Shown here: piece after piece, positions 40,359-53,145 of the stretch
How positions within the stretch are numbered: position 1 is the stretch's first letter
Layout of the letters: each line of letters begins with the position of its first letter
DNA from: Octopus vulgaris
Taxonomy: Eukaryota
NCBI GenBank assembly: GCA_951406725.2
Contig: OX597823.1
Location: 59,334,001-59,398,000 of the forward strand
Length of the DNA stretch: 64,000 nucleotides
Direction of reading: 5' to 3'
Program-made: the position numbers and the translations under genes
The notes under the pieces: generated by a model
The model's input: the letters and a program-made list of their open reading frames with translations, nothing else
The model's database searches: none
Told to the model about the DNA's origin: nothing

Positions 40359-40862
40359 AACTGTGTACAGTTGTGGAAATTAGCTGCCCAGTAGATGCTA
40401 ACATAAATATGAAGATCAGTGAAAAAGAGAATAGCTATGCTGAACTACTGAGAAATCTGCAGTTACTCTATCCAGAGTACAAGTTCAGGTTTATACCTGC
40501 AATTATTGGTGCCGTGGGATATGTAACACACTGCCTAAATATCAACCTTGAGACATTAGACTTTTCAAAACCAGAATGGAGAAAGCTAATTTGAAGATTA
40601 CAGATCCAATCCATCACTGGAATTGTAAAAATATGTAAAACTTTCCAGAAGTTTATCATTCAAATATATATGAGCAGGTCTAGATATGCCACTATATGCA
40701 TTAAAATACATACATTAAAACAAAGCATATAAATCTGCATATATACATACATACAAAAATATCCTGTTTGATGTTGTTGAAATTCTTATAAAAGAGCTGT
40801 GGATCAGGTTAGAAACCAGCTCTTTCTCTATTGGCAAGAAGTCTTGAAATAAAACTGAATAA
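40354..40862 (+). mobile_element. 3' end of an R4/Dong-like RLE retrotransposon
   Basis: EKLCTVVEISCPVDANINMKISEKENSYAELLRNLQLLYPEYKFRFIPAIIGAVG...LI*RLQIQSITGIVKICKTF. The 3' UTR ends aataaaactgaataa then (CATA)n. A related 3' tip lies at ~44922-45003. Confidence 0.85.
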
Positions 40863-42145
40863 ACATACATACATACATACATGAAATACAACATACATGC
40901 ACATCTTTCACTGATGTATAATATCAAACTGTAATCAAAAAAAGAAAAACGCTTCTATTAGTGACACTCTTATCTCACTTTTACCATCAAACATGCAGCG
41001 AACCAGTGCTTGGTGCACTGGAAACCTGTAAAACCAGTGGTGCTGTTGTTTACAAATGTGATATAAATTAAATAAATAACAACTTTTTAAGACAGGAAGC
41101 AAACTAGACTCTGTGGAGCAATCAATCAATGTTTTTTTTCTGTATGTGTTTATGCAGATTAGATCTTTTTAAAGTGAAAGCATGTGTGTTTCCAGCTGAA
41201 ACATGGGAATAACAGAATTGTCAGTTTAACAGCAGAGGGCTACATCTTGCTTTGAATCTCCCCAAGCTTAGTCTGTATAAGTCAGATGTCCTTCAGGTTA
41301 GGCTGTACAGATTCTATTTAAAGATACTTTAAGTATGTTTACAAATGAATATAAACCATTTCTGATGTCCTTCAGGAAATCTTTTAAAGGTTTGATATGA
41401 AAATACTTTGACATAGCGCGTTTGCATATTAAAATAGATTCATGTTGATGTTGTTAAGTATTCTATAATCCCAGGTTGGTCCTGGTTCAGCAACATTCCA
41501 ATCAAAAGAGTTCTAATCACGAACTTTTTATCATTTCCTTTCCGGTGTAGTTTATCAGATTAATATTATTTTGATAAAATTTGTTTCAGAAGATAAAGAA
41601 TAAAGATATTTACATGAAGAGGTGCTAATCTCTAATTGTAGAGGGAATGCATAGAAGGGGTAGACCCTGGATGATGTGAGAGGAAGTGGTGAGAAAGGAT
41701 CTTGGTACTGAGACTCTTGGCTGTTTGCTGTGTTTGAGAAGATGCATGAAGTTAAGTAAAATCTTGGTTGTTCTTGCATACTGGCATGTCCTCTGCATCC
41801 ATCTCCAGCTGAGCATTCCTTATCTTGTGGGCTCATCAGTGCTGGTGTCATGTAAAAAGCACCCATGCCAGTGTTGCATAAGAGCACCAAGTACACTCTG
41901 TAGAGTGATTGACATTAGGAAGGGCATCCAGCCATAGAAACTATGTCAAAACAGACATGGAACATGGACAACTCTTCAGCAGGCTAGCTCCTGTCAAACC
42001 ATCCACACAGATAAAGGAGGATTAAGTACAAAGAGTTCCTTTCAAAAATATGGTACGTATATAAAGTTAATCACCACATCAAAGTGGCTGTTCCATGTTT
42101 CTACTAGTTTAACCTCAGGCAGTATACATGTATACATACATATAT

Positions 42146-42303
42146 AGTTTTGTCTCTCCCTGTTTATTTCTGTGTTCCTTTCTGTTGAAGAGCATAGGCT
42201 CGAAATGTAAAATACTTTCTCACTTCCTGAGCGTTAAACTAATACACCTGTTTGGTGTTTATAAAGCCGTCTTCGTCTTTTGTTTTTTTGTAAATTATCA
42301 CTA
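42146..42303 (+). mobile_element. PLE-like 3' repeat with variant hammerhead (42178-42213)
   Basis: cttt-CTGTTGA-a-GAGC atag GCTC-GAAA-tg-TA-aaat, flanked by TA-rich microsatellite. Confidence 0.7.
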
Positions 42304-42373
42304 TATATATACATATATATATACATAGATCTATATCTATATATATCTATATCTATCTATCTATCTATTTAAA

Positions 42374-42420
<47 letters not shown>

Positions 42421-43536
42421 ATATGAATAAATATATGCATACATACATACATATACATGCATACATACATACATACATATACATACATACATATACATAC
42501 ATACATATACATACATATATATATATACATACACACACAACAGGCTACTCCACCTCTCACTCACAAAGCATTAGTCATCCACCTAGGACTATAGAAGAAA
42601 ACACATACCTGAGGTGACTCTCAGTGGAAATGAACCTGAATGCCTATGATTGCAAAATGAACTTCTTAAACACACTCTCATGTCCAAATGAAGAAATGAT
42701 GTTTATTTCTTCTGAGTTAACTGAAAAACATTTAGTTCCATTAGTAAATTTCAAAAACTTTAATAATTTGAGAATATTTTTTTCATAGTTATTTTTAAAT
42801 CTATATTTCAAAGACTATTTTATTTAATCTTTAGAGATTGCTGCAATGTCTTTTAAATTCCTTTTGACATGAACTGCCTTTACTATTTTCTAAATTTATA
42901 CTATCATGCAAAGTGCCTATTTGGAAACTGAATTCCCCCAATTCTTTCTTCCATTTGTAAGATTTTAGCACATTTAAATTAATATCTTTGAACATTTTTA
43001 TATTTTTTCTCAGTTATTTATTTTTTTTTGTTCTTTATCCTTTTCTGTTTTTCCTTTGGCCTATTCATACTGACCATTCTTACAGACACTGAAGGCATAG
43101 CAATATTTAACATCAGACATTCCTGAAAACCTGAATAATGCTCTAATTAGTGCAAGAGCTCGCATTAGTTCATGCCATCATTTTTACATTCATCATTCAT
43201 CAAATTTCTATAATATAACTATTTTTGGAAAATTCCTAAATTGTGGGCAAATATAATTAGGCACATCTTTAAACTTTAAGAACAGTAATGATAAAGCACA
43301 GGGTTTTTTGCACTAAAACTCACTAACGAAACTCATTTCTAATAAACAGAGAGATTAATTTGCAAATTTATTAATACTAAACCACCTGGCTGAAATTCTA
43401 TACATATCATATGCAGAACTACACAATTATATTTGAACATAATGTTATTTAATCACATAGAATATATAGACAAAAAAAATTATAAATGTAAGCTATAAAT
43501 AGATAAATACATACAGAAAATAAAAATAAGTGTGTA

Positions 43537-43587
<51 letters not shown>

Positions 43588-43589
<2 letters not shown>

Positions 43590-43890
43590 GGAGAATTCAC
43601 GAAAAAAACAAAAGATGAAGACAGGTGGTGTAGAAAACAAACAGATGTATTAGTATAACGCTCAGGAATAGAAAAAGTCTTTTACGTTTTGAGCCTACAC
43701 TCTTCCACAGAAAGGAACACAGAAAGAAACAAGGAGAGAAAAAATGTGTGTAGTGGTGATTGCCAGACAGAAGGGTCACACAGGAGAGCGAAGAAGTAGG
43801 GGAGATAACAAAGTAAAAGTGATCCCAAAACGAAGGTGCGCATGTGTGTAAGAAAGTACATATGTGCGTGTGAAAGAGGGCTGGTGTACA
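43588..43890 (-). mobile_element. Same PLE-like family, longer inverted copy with variant hammerhead (43679-43714)
   Basis: Minus strand: cttt-CTGTGGA-a-GAGT gtag GCTC-aAAA-cg-TA-aaag. Confidence 0.7.
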
Positions 43891-45205
43891 CACACACTTT
43901 ATTTGTGCATTAAGGCTACCATTGATTTCAGGTTAAAGAAATATCTTAAAACACTAATAAAGAATTTTTACCCATGCAGTATTGATTACTTATTTTCATT
44001 GTTTGATATTTCCATACACACACACACACACACATGCACATATGAGTGTGTGTGTGTGTGTGTGTGTGTATGCGAGTGTTTGCAAGTGTGTGTGTATATA
44101 TGTATGTACATAAATGTCAAACATTGAGAGTGAGAGCTCACCACATTGGTGGATAAAGATTCTTTATTTGTGTATTAAGGCTACCACTGGTTTCATGCAA
44201 ATTAAATATCTTAACAATTTTTCAAGCTGATTACATGGAGAAATTGGTGTTCATCTCCATGTTGGATTGAAACAAGTATATATGTATAAAAGACATGTTT
44301 CTTTTCACTGTTCTGACTTGTCTCAAGTTTAAAATGTGAGGTTTTGTTGTCTGCATTCAGGATGATAGAACTTTGCATGCTTGTCAGAAACCAGCTCCTC
44401 CAGAGGGTAACACACCATTGTTGCAAAACCAATATACAATGCCATTCAGAAAAAAATACTGTCCTGGAATAAATATAGAGAAGAATACATGCACAAACAT
44501 TAACACAAATAACACTGGTGGAAAATTCCCACTGATACATTTATGAAGATTGAATATAAGAGAGTAGCTACTGCTGTTTGGGACTGACATTGAAAAGAAT
44601 GTAGTGTCACAGAGGTCAGCTGTCATGCTGATGTGAATATCTCTTTAAAAATCAAAGAGAAAGAAGATAACTATAGACAACTGCTTTGAAGCCTCCAGCT
44701 TCTATATTCAGATAATAAATTCACATTTATACCAACAATAATTGGTGAACTTGGTTTTTGCGAGTAAATTTTAAAGTAACAATCTAAATAAGTAAGGGTT
44801 TCCTATAAAACAAATCATCAAGCTTACTCACACATTACAAATACAATCTGTAGGTGGAACAGTAAAAATATGCGAGACTTCCGTTATGTTTAAGACGTCA
44901 TATTCTTCTTGTTATCTACATCCCAATGATGGAGCTGGGTATGCTTGTTAGAAACCAGCTCCTTCCTCAATGGAAAAATTAAAATAATTAAAAGCAAAAG
45001 TGAACATACATACGTACATACATACATACATAAGTGTGTGTGAATGTGTCTAAGTAAAAGCTATCCTCATCCTTTAAGCTTATGTTTCCAATATCTGTAT
45101 CTATATACTTGAACAGATAACATATATAGACAGATTTCTTTGCAAACAAAACATATGAGTATATAAAAAAGAAATATATATATATACATATAGATAGATA
45201 GATAG

Positions 45206-45268
<63 letters not shown>

Positions 45269-46518
45269 CACAAACATATTTATATATATATATGTACACG
45301 TACACATATACACACACACATATTAATTTTCTATTTTTTACTTTTTTGTCTGTAAACTTTCTTTTGGACCACTAACTCTAAGGATGTAATTTAAGAACAG
45401 TACAAGAATCCTCAACCTTTCACTTCAGTATTCTTTTTTATCAATAAAAAGCTGCACTTCATAAGTAGTGCCAGAGTTTGGCATCATCTCTTTAGGTGTA
45501 TATAACTGAAAGGTTAAGAAGAAGCTTGATATTTTCTAACATTTTGGTAAATATATTTAAGTTGTTAAGGACGTTAACACAACAAGACTGTGAAATAGTA
45601 AAAGGTGGATAGTGGCAATGAAAAGATTTGTTAATGTGGAGAGCTAACAAAAGTTGGTATTATTGTTCAAAGCTTTCATTATATATATATCAGAATACAA
45701 CAACAATGGCAACGATATGAAAACAGCAGCAACAACCACAGAAACAACAACAGCAACTGTAATAATAATGATAAGTATGATTGCAACAACAATATCAATA
45801 ATCATGATATGACTGGTAACACTTAGAAACGTAGAGTATTTGTTTGAAAAGAGTAAAATTTAAATGTCTTATCTCTAGTATATTGTCATCTAAGTTTGAG
45901 CAAATGAAATGGACTTCGTTTTGACATTTCTCATATTATTTCTGTCTTACAGTCAATGCTGTGAGATTTCCTTTAATGAAACACACACAACTGACTCAAG
46001 TAGACCAATACAAGAGATGTGGATAAATAAATACAGGGAGTTGGGCTTATTTATTCTTATTTTTATAAAAAATACTTGAAAAAGGACTTTTTAAAGAGTT
46101 TGGAAAAAAACATATTTAAAATGAAAAATAAAGTGATATACAGTTTACCAATAAATATACATGTACTGTTTGGAGATCGCTTCTTATTTTTTAATTAATT
46201 AACCAATAAATTTGCATGCATGCATACATATATACTTAGGTATTTACGTATGCATGCACACACACACACACACACTCATGCACCCTACTTCTCTCTTGTT
46301 CAGTTACCTGCCATCATTTATATTGTATTTTAGAATTTGGTTATCTTTTGTGTTAATCAGCAATGATTTCTAAATCAAAACTGAACCACGAGTGCAACTA
46401 GGATCTGTAATTTCAGAGCTTAAGTAGACACTTCCATATATAAAGCAGTATGCTACACCTCCAATACTAATACTAATACGGAAATGGATAAGTTTAAACA
46501 GATTATATATTCGAAATT

Positions 46519-46768
46519 GTGGAGGCGCATGGCTTAGTGGTTAGGGTGTCAGCAGCATGATCGTAAGATTGTGGTTTCGATTCCTGGACCGGGCAACGCA
46601 TTGTGTTCTAGAGCAAATCACTTCATTTCACATTGCTCCACTCCACTCAGCTGGCAAAAATGAGTAATGCTGCAATGGACTGGCGTCCCATTCAGCTGGG
46701 GAACACATACACCATAGAAACCGGGAAACCAGGCCCATGAGCCTGGCTAGGCTTTAAAAGGGGGCATT
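46519..46768 (+). mobile_element. tRNA-derived SINE, chimeric relative to 37146 and 61420
   Basis: A-box tggcttagtgg, B-box gtttcgattcc. Body shared with 61420, tail shared with 37146. Confidence 0.85.
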
Positions 46769-47170
46769 TATTATTTTTTTATATTTGGAATTAATGCTCT
46801 AAATATGTAATATACCAAAGAATTAGTCTAACTTTCAAGATACCAAAACGTTGCAATTTCGTTGACCTGTGATATAAATATATCACATAGAAGATGTAAA
46901 ATATATTAGACGTGAAAAAAATACAGAGGAAATTTGCAGTTGATTGTTGTCTTTGAATGATTTTATGTAAGAAATTCATACCATTTCCTGTTCTAATGCT
47001 GCCATTAATAACAGAGGAAAATATCCAAATATATCTTTTATCCTCAACCCCACCCATCTTTTGATTCTTTTCCTTTTTTTATAATTTTTTTTATATGTTC
47101 CTATTAGCATTTTGGGGAATAAATGATATCTTATTTTTATTTAACAGTATAAAATAGGTGTATGTGTGCT

Positions 47171-47216
<46 letters not shown>

Positions 47217-47607
47217 AAAGAAGGGGAAAAGTGAATAATAAAATCATATTTAAATTATACATCTTATTGATTTTCACTCTGAAATTCTTTTCAGTGTATG
47301 ATTTTATTTCATTGTTATTCACAGCTAGGTAATCTTTTATTAGAGAAGTATGATATCTAAATTATAAATAATAAATACAAATATATAAATAATAAATATA
47401 AACAAATAAATAATAGATATAAAGCATGGCTGTGTGGTAAGAAGCTTGCTTCCCAACCACATGGCTCCGTGTTCAGTCCCACCGTGTGTAAACTTGGGCA
47501 AGTGTCTTCTACTATAGCCCTGCACAGACCCAAGCTTTCTGAGTGGATTTGGTAGACTGAAACTGAAAGAAGCCTGTCATATATATATATATATATATAC
47601 ATATACT

Positions 47608-48008
47608 TTCTACTTGTTTCAGTCATTTGACTGCAGCCATGCTGGAGCACAACCTTTAGTCTGTGCTCCAGCCTTTAGAGCACATCAACCCCAGGACTTA
47701 TTTTTTAGAAGCCTAGTACTTATTCTATCGGTCTCTTTTGCTGAACTGCTAGGTTACTGGGACGTAAACACACCAGCATCGATTGTCGAGCGATGCTGGG
47801 GGACAAACAAAGACACACAAACATATTCACACATATATATATATATATATATATATAGATATATACGACAGACGTCTTTCAGTTTCCATCTACCAAATCC
47901 ACACAGAAGGCTTTGGTCGGCCGGAGGCTATAGTAGAAGACACTTGCCCAAGGTGCCGCGCAGTGGAAATGAACCTGGAACCATGTGGTTGGTAAGCAAG
48001 CTTCTTAC

Positions 48009-48010
<2 letters not shown>
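47608..48010 (-). mobile_element. SINE family A, full length, within a SINE cluster spanning 47424-48262
   Basis: Flanked by a + strand head (47424-47580) and a + strand tail (48045-48262). Confidence 0.85.
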
Positions 48011-48039
<29 letters not shown>

Positions 48040-48318
48040 GTATGTATGCATGTATTCGTATTTGCCCCCTGCACCACTTGACAACTCGTGCTAGTGTGTT
48101 TATGTCCCTGCAACTAAGCAGTTTGGCAAAAGAGACTGATAGAATAAGTATTACGCTTTAAAAAAATAAGTTTGGGACTGATTTCTTTGACTAAAATACT
48201 TTGAGGTGGTACCCCAGCATGGCTGTAGTCAAATGACTGAAACAAGTAAAAGATAAAAGATAATTAAATACACAATAAATATAAAAAAATAAATAAACAA
48301 TTGCTTATTGTATTAATA

Positions 48319-48885
48319 TTGTGTTGTCAGGAAAGTTCATGCTGATTTATAGTAGCTTACCTTTCGACTTATTTTAGAACATGGTTGAGTCCATAAAATA
48401 GGATTTGACTACACCGCTATTTAGAGCACAGTTTAAGCTATCTTTTCATGGAAGAAGGTTCATGTTCCTATAACCTGAGTTAATTTTGTAACCCTTTAAA
48501 ATGGAAGATAAGAAAGTTCATTTTCAGCACTTGATGCTTTGGGAACCAGACAAAAGTTGCTGCAGCTCGGCTGGTATGTGTTACCCCACCCTCAATATTC
48601 CCCAGATATTACTCCTTTGGATTTCCACTTATTCAGGTCTCTGCAGGATAGTCTTAATGGTAAAAAATTTCAATTCCTTGGATGATGTAAAAAGAAACCT
48701 TGATGAATTCTTTGCCATGAAACCACCTCAATTCTGGAAAGAGGGTATTTTCAAGTTAAAGGAAAGATGGAGATGCATTGTGCAACAAAATGGTTCATAT
48801 TTCGTTGATTAAAAATGTAATGACAAGTATTTATTGACCTTTTTCTTTCCTTTAAAAATCAGCACGAACTTTCTGGACGACCCAA
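48319..48885 (+). mobile_element. Internally deleted mariner (567 bp), same derivative as 21610
   Basis: TA TSD and TIRs. MEDKKVHFQHLML is joined to the C-terminal ...NFNSLDDVKRNLDEFFAMKPPQFWKEGIFKLKERWRCIVQQNGSYFVD*. Confidence 0.92.
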
Positions 48886-50056
48886 TAGTTTTTTAACAAT
48901 AAGCACAGACATCTGTTCAAAGAAGTTCTTCAGAAATTAAATTGTTCACCATGCTGGGGTACCACTTCAAAGTATTTTAGTCAAACATATCAGTCCCAGA
49001 CTTATTTTTTTAAAGCCTAATACTTATTCTATCAGTCTCTTTTGCCAAACTGCTTAGTTGCAGGGACATAAACACACTAGCACGAGTTGTCAAGTGGTGG
49101 AGGGAGAAAATACGAAGACATGCATACATACATATATATGTGTGTGTGTGTGTGTGTGGTAAGTAGCTTGCTTACCAACCACATGGTTCCAGGTTCACTG
49201 CAAGCAAAGTTCAACATCATCAATTCACCATTTTTCTTTATTTTCAATAAAATAGTTTTTAACTATTAAAGGTGAAATACTATAGATAAATTTACTAAAT
49301 TCTTTGCTATATTTAAAATTAATTGAAAGAAACACAGAGCATCTCAACAGAAATATGGTAACAAAAGGGTTAATAGGAAAAGATCAACGAAAAAAACTTT
49401 GAAAGTAAATCAAAATCATGTGATCTGGCATTTTGGCAGTTGTAGCAGATAGTTCTCTGCCAACGATATAAATAAAAGTGGTTTTATGCACCACAAGTCC
49501 ATATGAGAGGCCCTCTCAAGGTAAATAATGCAGTACTTTGTGTACTAAGATAACTACCACGTTAGTTTGGAGATAAATTTTACCTTCTGGTGTTCACATT
49601 GCTTTTGTCACAATTATTTTTTAATGCCAGATAATTTTCTTTCACACCTCTAAAAATTATGCCATTGCTTATAATAACACACATATATATATACATATAT
49701 ATGAAAGGCTTTCACACAGTTTCTTTCAACCAGTTATACTCACAGGACAATAGTCATTCTAGGACTATAGCAGCAGACGCCCAAGGTGCTGCAGAGTAGG
49801 ACTGAACCTGAATCACATAGTTGTGAAGCAAGTTTCTTAACCATACAGTCATACCTGTGCCTAGGTAGTGAAAATAAATAAACAAACAGACAAATAAATC
49901 AAACAAACAAACAATCAAATAAATAAAGGAATCAATTTATCTTTAGTTATTTATTAAATAAAAATTGTAACAAGTTATTTTTATTGATTGTGTAAATATA
50001 GCGAAAACTTAGCTATTTCATTATGAATCAAAGTTTTTTTCATAGATCTTTTCCTA

Positions 50057-50283
50057 TTAACCTTTTTGTTACCATATTTCTGTTGAGATTCTCAGTGTTT
50101 CTTTCAATTAATTTTAAATATAACAAAGAATTTAGTAAAATAACTTAGTTATCATTAAGCTAGTGTTAGGAACATAAATTTTGATTAAGGTTTGGTGGAA
50201 GATTTTAATTCAGAACTTGTAAAAACAAGACATTTATACTACAGAGCCAGAGTTTTCAGCCAGATTGGTATCAAAAGGGTTAA
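50057..50283 (+). mobile_element. TTAA MITE family D
   Basis: ttaacctttttgttacc ... ggtatcaaaagggttaa. Confidence 0.85.
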
Positions 50284-50522
50284 ATTATTCATTATTCTGC
50301 ATTTTTCTAAACATGGCCAAAAAAGAAATGTGTCAATCCCTCAGTTTATCACAAATACCAGAGAAATGATACAATGAAGTCCTCATTGTTTTATCAGAAA
50401 ACTGGCTGTCATCTAGACTTTGAGAATGAGATGAAATTTCTTTTTATAATATTTATATTTATCTAATATTTATCTAAATATTTTGGGGCAGCTATTTATG
50501 ATATGATGATGTCTCCCTCACT

Positions 50523-50820
50523 CATCATCATCATCATTATCATCGTTGAAATGTCCGCTTTCCATGCTAGCATGGGTTGGACGATTTGACTGAGGACTGG
50601 CGAACCAGATGGCTGCACCAGGCTCTAATCTTGATCTGGCAGAGTTTCTACACCTAGATGCCCTTCCTAACGCCAACCACTCCGAGAGTGTAGTGGGTGC
50701 TTTTACGTGCCACTTGCATGAGGGTCAGTCAGACGGTACTGGCAACGGTCATGCTCAAATGGTGTTTTTTATGTGCCACCTGCACAGGAGTCAGTCCAGC
50801 AGCACTGGCAACGATCTCAC
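50523..50820 (-). mobile_element. SINE family C
   Basis: (CAT)n, ccatgctagcatgggttggacg, gatgcccttcctaacgccaacc. Confidence 0.85.
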
Positions 50821-51740
50821 TGATTTGATATAATCGATATAGTCAAATGCAATGCTTACTTATTCACATTGTTTTGAATTAATCATGCATTATCTTGTAG
50901 CTTTGACATTTCTAAGATGTGATTGTTTATTTTTAGCATGACATTATAGGATAGGTGAAAAAGACCAGATCTGGCCAGTTTAAACATGAAACAAGTAGAA
51001 TGATTAAGCCAAATATGACTGATTTAAATGCTAGAAGGTTAGAGATTTCTTAATCCTTTTTATACCAATCATCCTGAAACCAGCTCTAATAACCACCCCT
51101 AACAATCACCCTAAATTCTTATTTCTTTATTGCCCACAAGGTGCTAAACATAGAGGGGACAAACAAGGACAGACAAAGGGCTCAAGTCAATTATATCGAC
51201 CCCAGTGCGCAACTGGTACTTAATTTATCGACCCTGAAAAGATGAAAGGCAAAGTCAACCTCAGCAGCATTTGAACTCAGAACTTAGAGACAGACGAAAT
51301 ACTGCTAAGCATTTCTCGCCCAGCATGCTAATGTTTCTGCCAGTTCACCCCAAATTCTATGAAATAAACTTTCCATTCGAAGTCATGATAGTAATGTGGA
51401 AGTATGGGCTGCAACTGCCCATCGTTGTATCCACCATTTATTGCATACAACAATGTGCAAAGGATGCATTTGCACCACTCAGGCAACATTCTGCCAACAC
51501 ATGGGTTTGTTTGGGTAGTCATTGCTGGTGAGAGTTTTACTAGGTTCCAGTGCAAATCCTACTTCAACCTCTTTTAGATGCCTTTTACAAAATACTGAGG
51601 AAATATTGGGTTTATTCTTTGACACACAGGTTCCCACACAGCACTTGAGAAATACAAAATGAAGTATTTTGCACAAGAACATAACACACTGCCTGATTCA
51701 GGAATCGGCTCTATGACCAGACAATCATGAATGTAATACT

Positions 51741-51969
51741 TTAACCCTTTTGTTACTATATTTCTGTTGAGATGCTCCGTGCTTCTTTCAATTAATTTTA
51801 AATATAACAAAGAATTTAGTAAAATAACTTAGTTATCATTCAGCTAGTGTTAGGAACATAAATTGTGACTAAGGTTTGGTGGAAGATTTTAAGTCAGAAC
51901 TTATGAAAACAAGACATTTGTACTCAGAGCCAGAGCCGGTTTCAGCCGGGCTGGTAACGAAAGGGTTAA
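51741..51969 (+). mobile_element. TTAA MITE family D, best-preserved copy
   Basis: ttaa|cccttttgttac ... gtaacgaaaggg|ttaa. Confidence 0.9.
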
Positions 51970-52558
51970 ATTGGTCAAAATTATAATATCTTTCCTCGAA
52001 ATTCCATCTTAATTAATGTGCAAAATACCAGTATAAAAGTGACAAGATTATTTTGGTAAGTTCTTCCGTTTCAAAAATCATTGAAACAATGGCTGTATAT
52101 ATGAACAGAAATATAGCAAGAAACAAGTAAAGTTTTTTCATTTGGAGAATATAAGCTGGCCTCTAACCAAGTGGAAAGACATTTTTGTTCTAGTTAGGAC
52201 AGATGGTGTTGCTAGTGGCAGGGATCTGTGGTCATTCAGATCAGTTAATCTGTTGGTGTTTGTGCAGGGATAACTTATATTTGTGTGATAGATATGTTTC
52301 ACTTCAGTATGTAAGTATCTGTGCTTCACAAATGTATGTGCATGTATGTGTGTGTGTGTGTGTGTGAGTGTGCTTGTGCATACGTGTGTGTGTGTGAGTG
52401 TGCTTGTGCATACGTGTGTGTGTGCGTGTGTGTGTGTAAATTAATTTACACTGAGGTGTAAACAATAATACTGTTCTATATTTAAGAGATGAGGAATTAT
52501 GTACGTTATTTACATTACTTATATTTGATGGATATTTGTCCTCATCTTGTTAGCTGTT

Positions 52559-52604
52559 AACACAAAGTTTCCGCTGATATACCCTCCAGCCTTCATCAAG
52601 TGTC
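52559..52604 (-). ncRNA. Minimal hammerhead motif, antisense copy
   Basis: gacac-tTGATGA-a-GGCTG gagggtatat CAGCg-GAAA-ctTT-gtgtt. Confidence 0.65.
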
Positions 52605-52764
52605 TTGGGGAAATTTCGAATGTGGGTTCTCATTCATAAGGTATTTTTTTATATGTCCACAGGCATATGGTGTAGTGGTTAAGAGCATGGCTACCAACCC
52701 CAAGATTCCGAGTTTGATTCCAAGCAGTGACCTGAACAACAACAACAACAACAACAACAATAAC

Positions 52765-52817
<53 letters not shown>

Positions 52818-52888
52818 TAATAATAAGAATAATAGTAACATCGAAAAATACCTTAGGAATGAGAACCCAGGTTCGAAATTTCCCCCAA

Positions 52889-52934
52889 GACACCTGATGA
52901 AGGCTGGAAGGTATATCAACTAAAACGTTGTGTT
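52889..52934 (+). ncRNA. Minimal hammerhead motif
   Basis: gacac-CTGATGA-a-GGCTG gaaggtatat CAaCt-aAAA-CGTT-gtgtt. First box intact, GAAA mutated. Confidence 0.65.
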
Positions 52935-53145
52935 AACAACAAACAAGATGAGGGCAAATATCTGTCAAATGTAAATAATGTAAATAATACTGTTGTCAAT
53001 TCTCCTGTCAACAAATCATCTGCTGGCTCTGCACTTTCAATGAGAGTGGAACAAGAGGTCCCTTAATGGAAAAAACAGCTAAAGTTTAGCGACAAGAAAG
53101 GCATCCAGCTGTAAACAATGACTCGATAATATATATCTAATATAT

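Larger units (their letters stand above)
52464..52994 (+). mobile_element. ORF-less PLE-derived fold-back unit: inverted 3' repeat, tRNA-like segment, (AAC/AAT)n, 3' repeat with hammerhead
   Basis: Left arm 52473-52650 is the reverse complement of 34576-34753 and of the right arm 52845-52988. Flanked by the 12-bp direct repeat aataatactgtt (52464-52475, 52983-52994). Confidence 0.85.

Noticed and set aside
44361-44643. Possible exon (acceptor-like sites on both strands; ORFs 44211-44540 and 44384-44626)
   Set aside because: No recognisable protein, and the start matches the R4/Dong-like 3' tip. Cannot be excluded without RNA-seq.
48501-48812. 103-aa ORF as a functional or domesticated transposase
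   Set aside because: DNA-binding and most catalytic regions are deleted, the middle is out of frame, and the sister copy does not keep the ORF.
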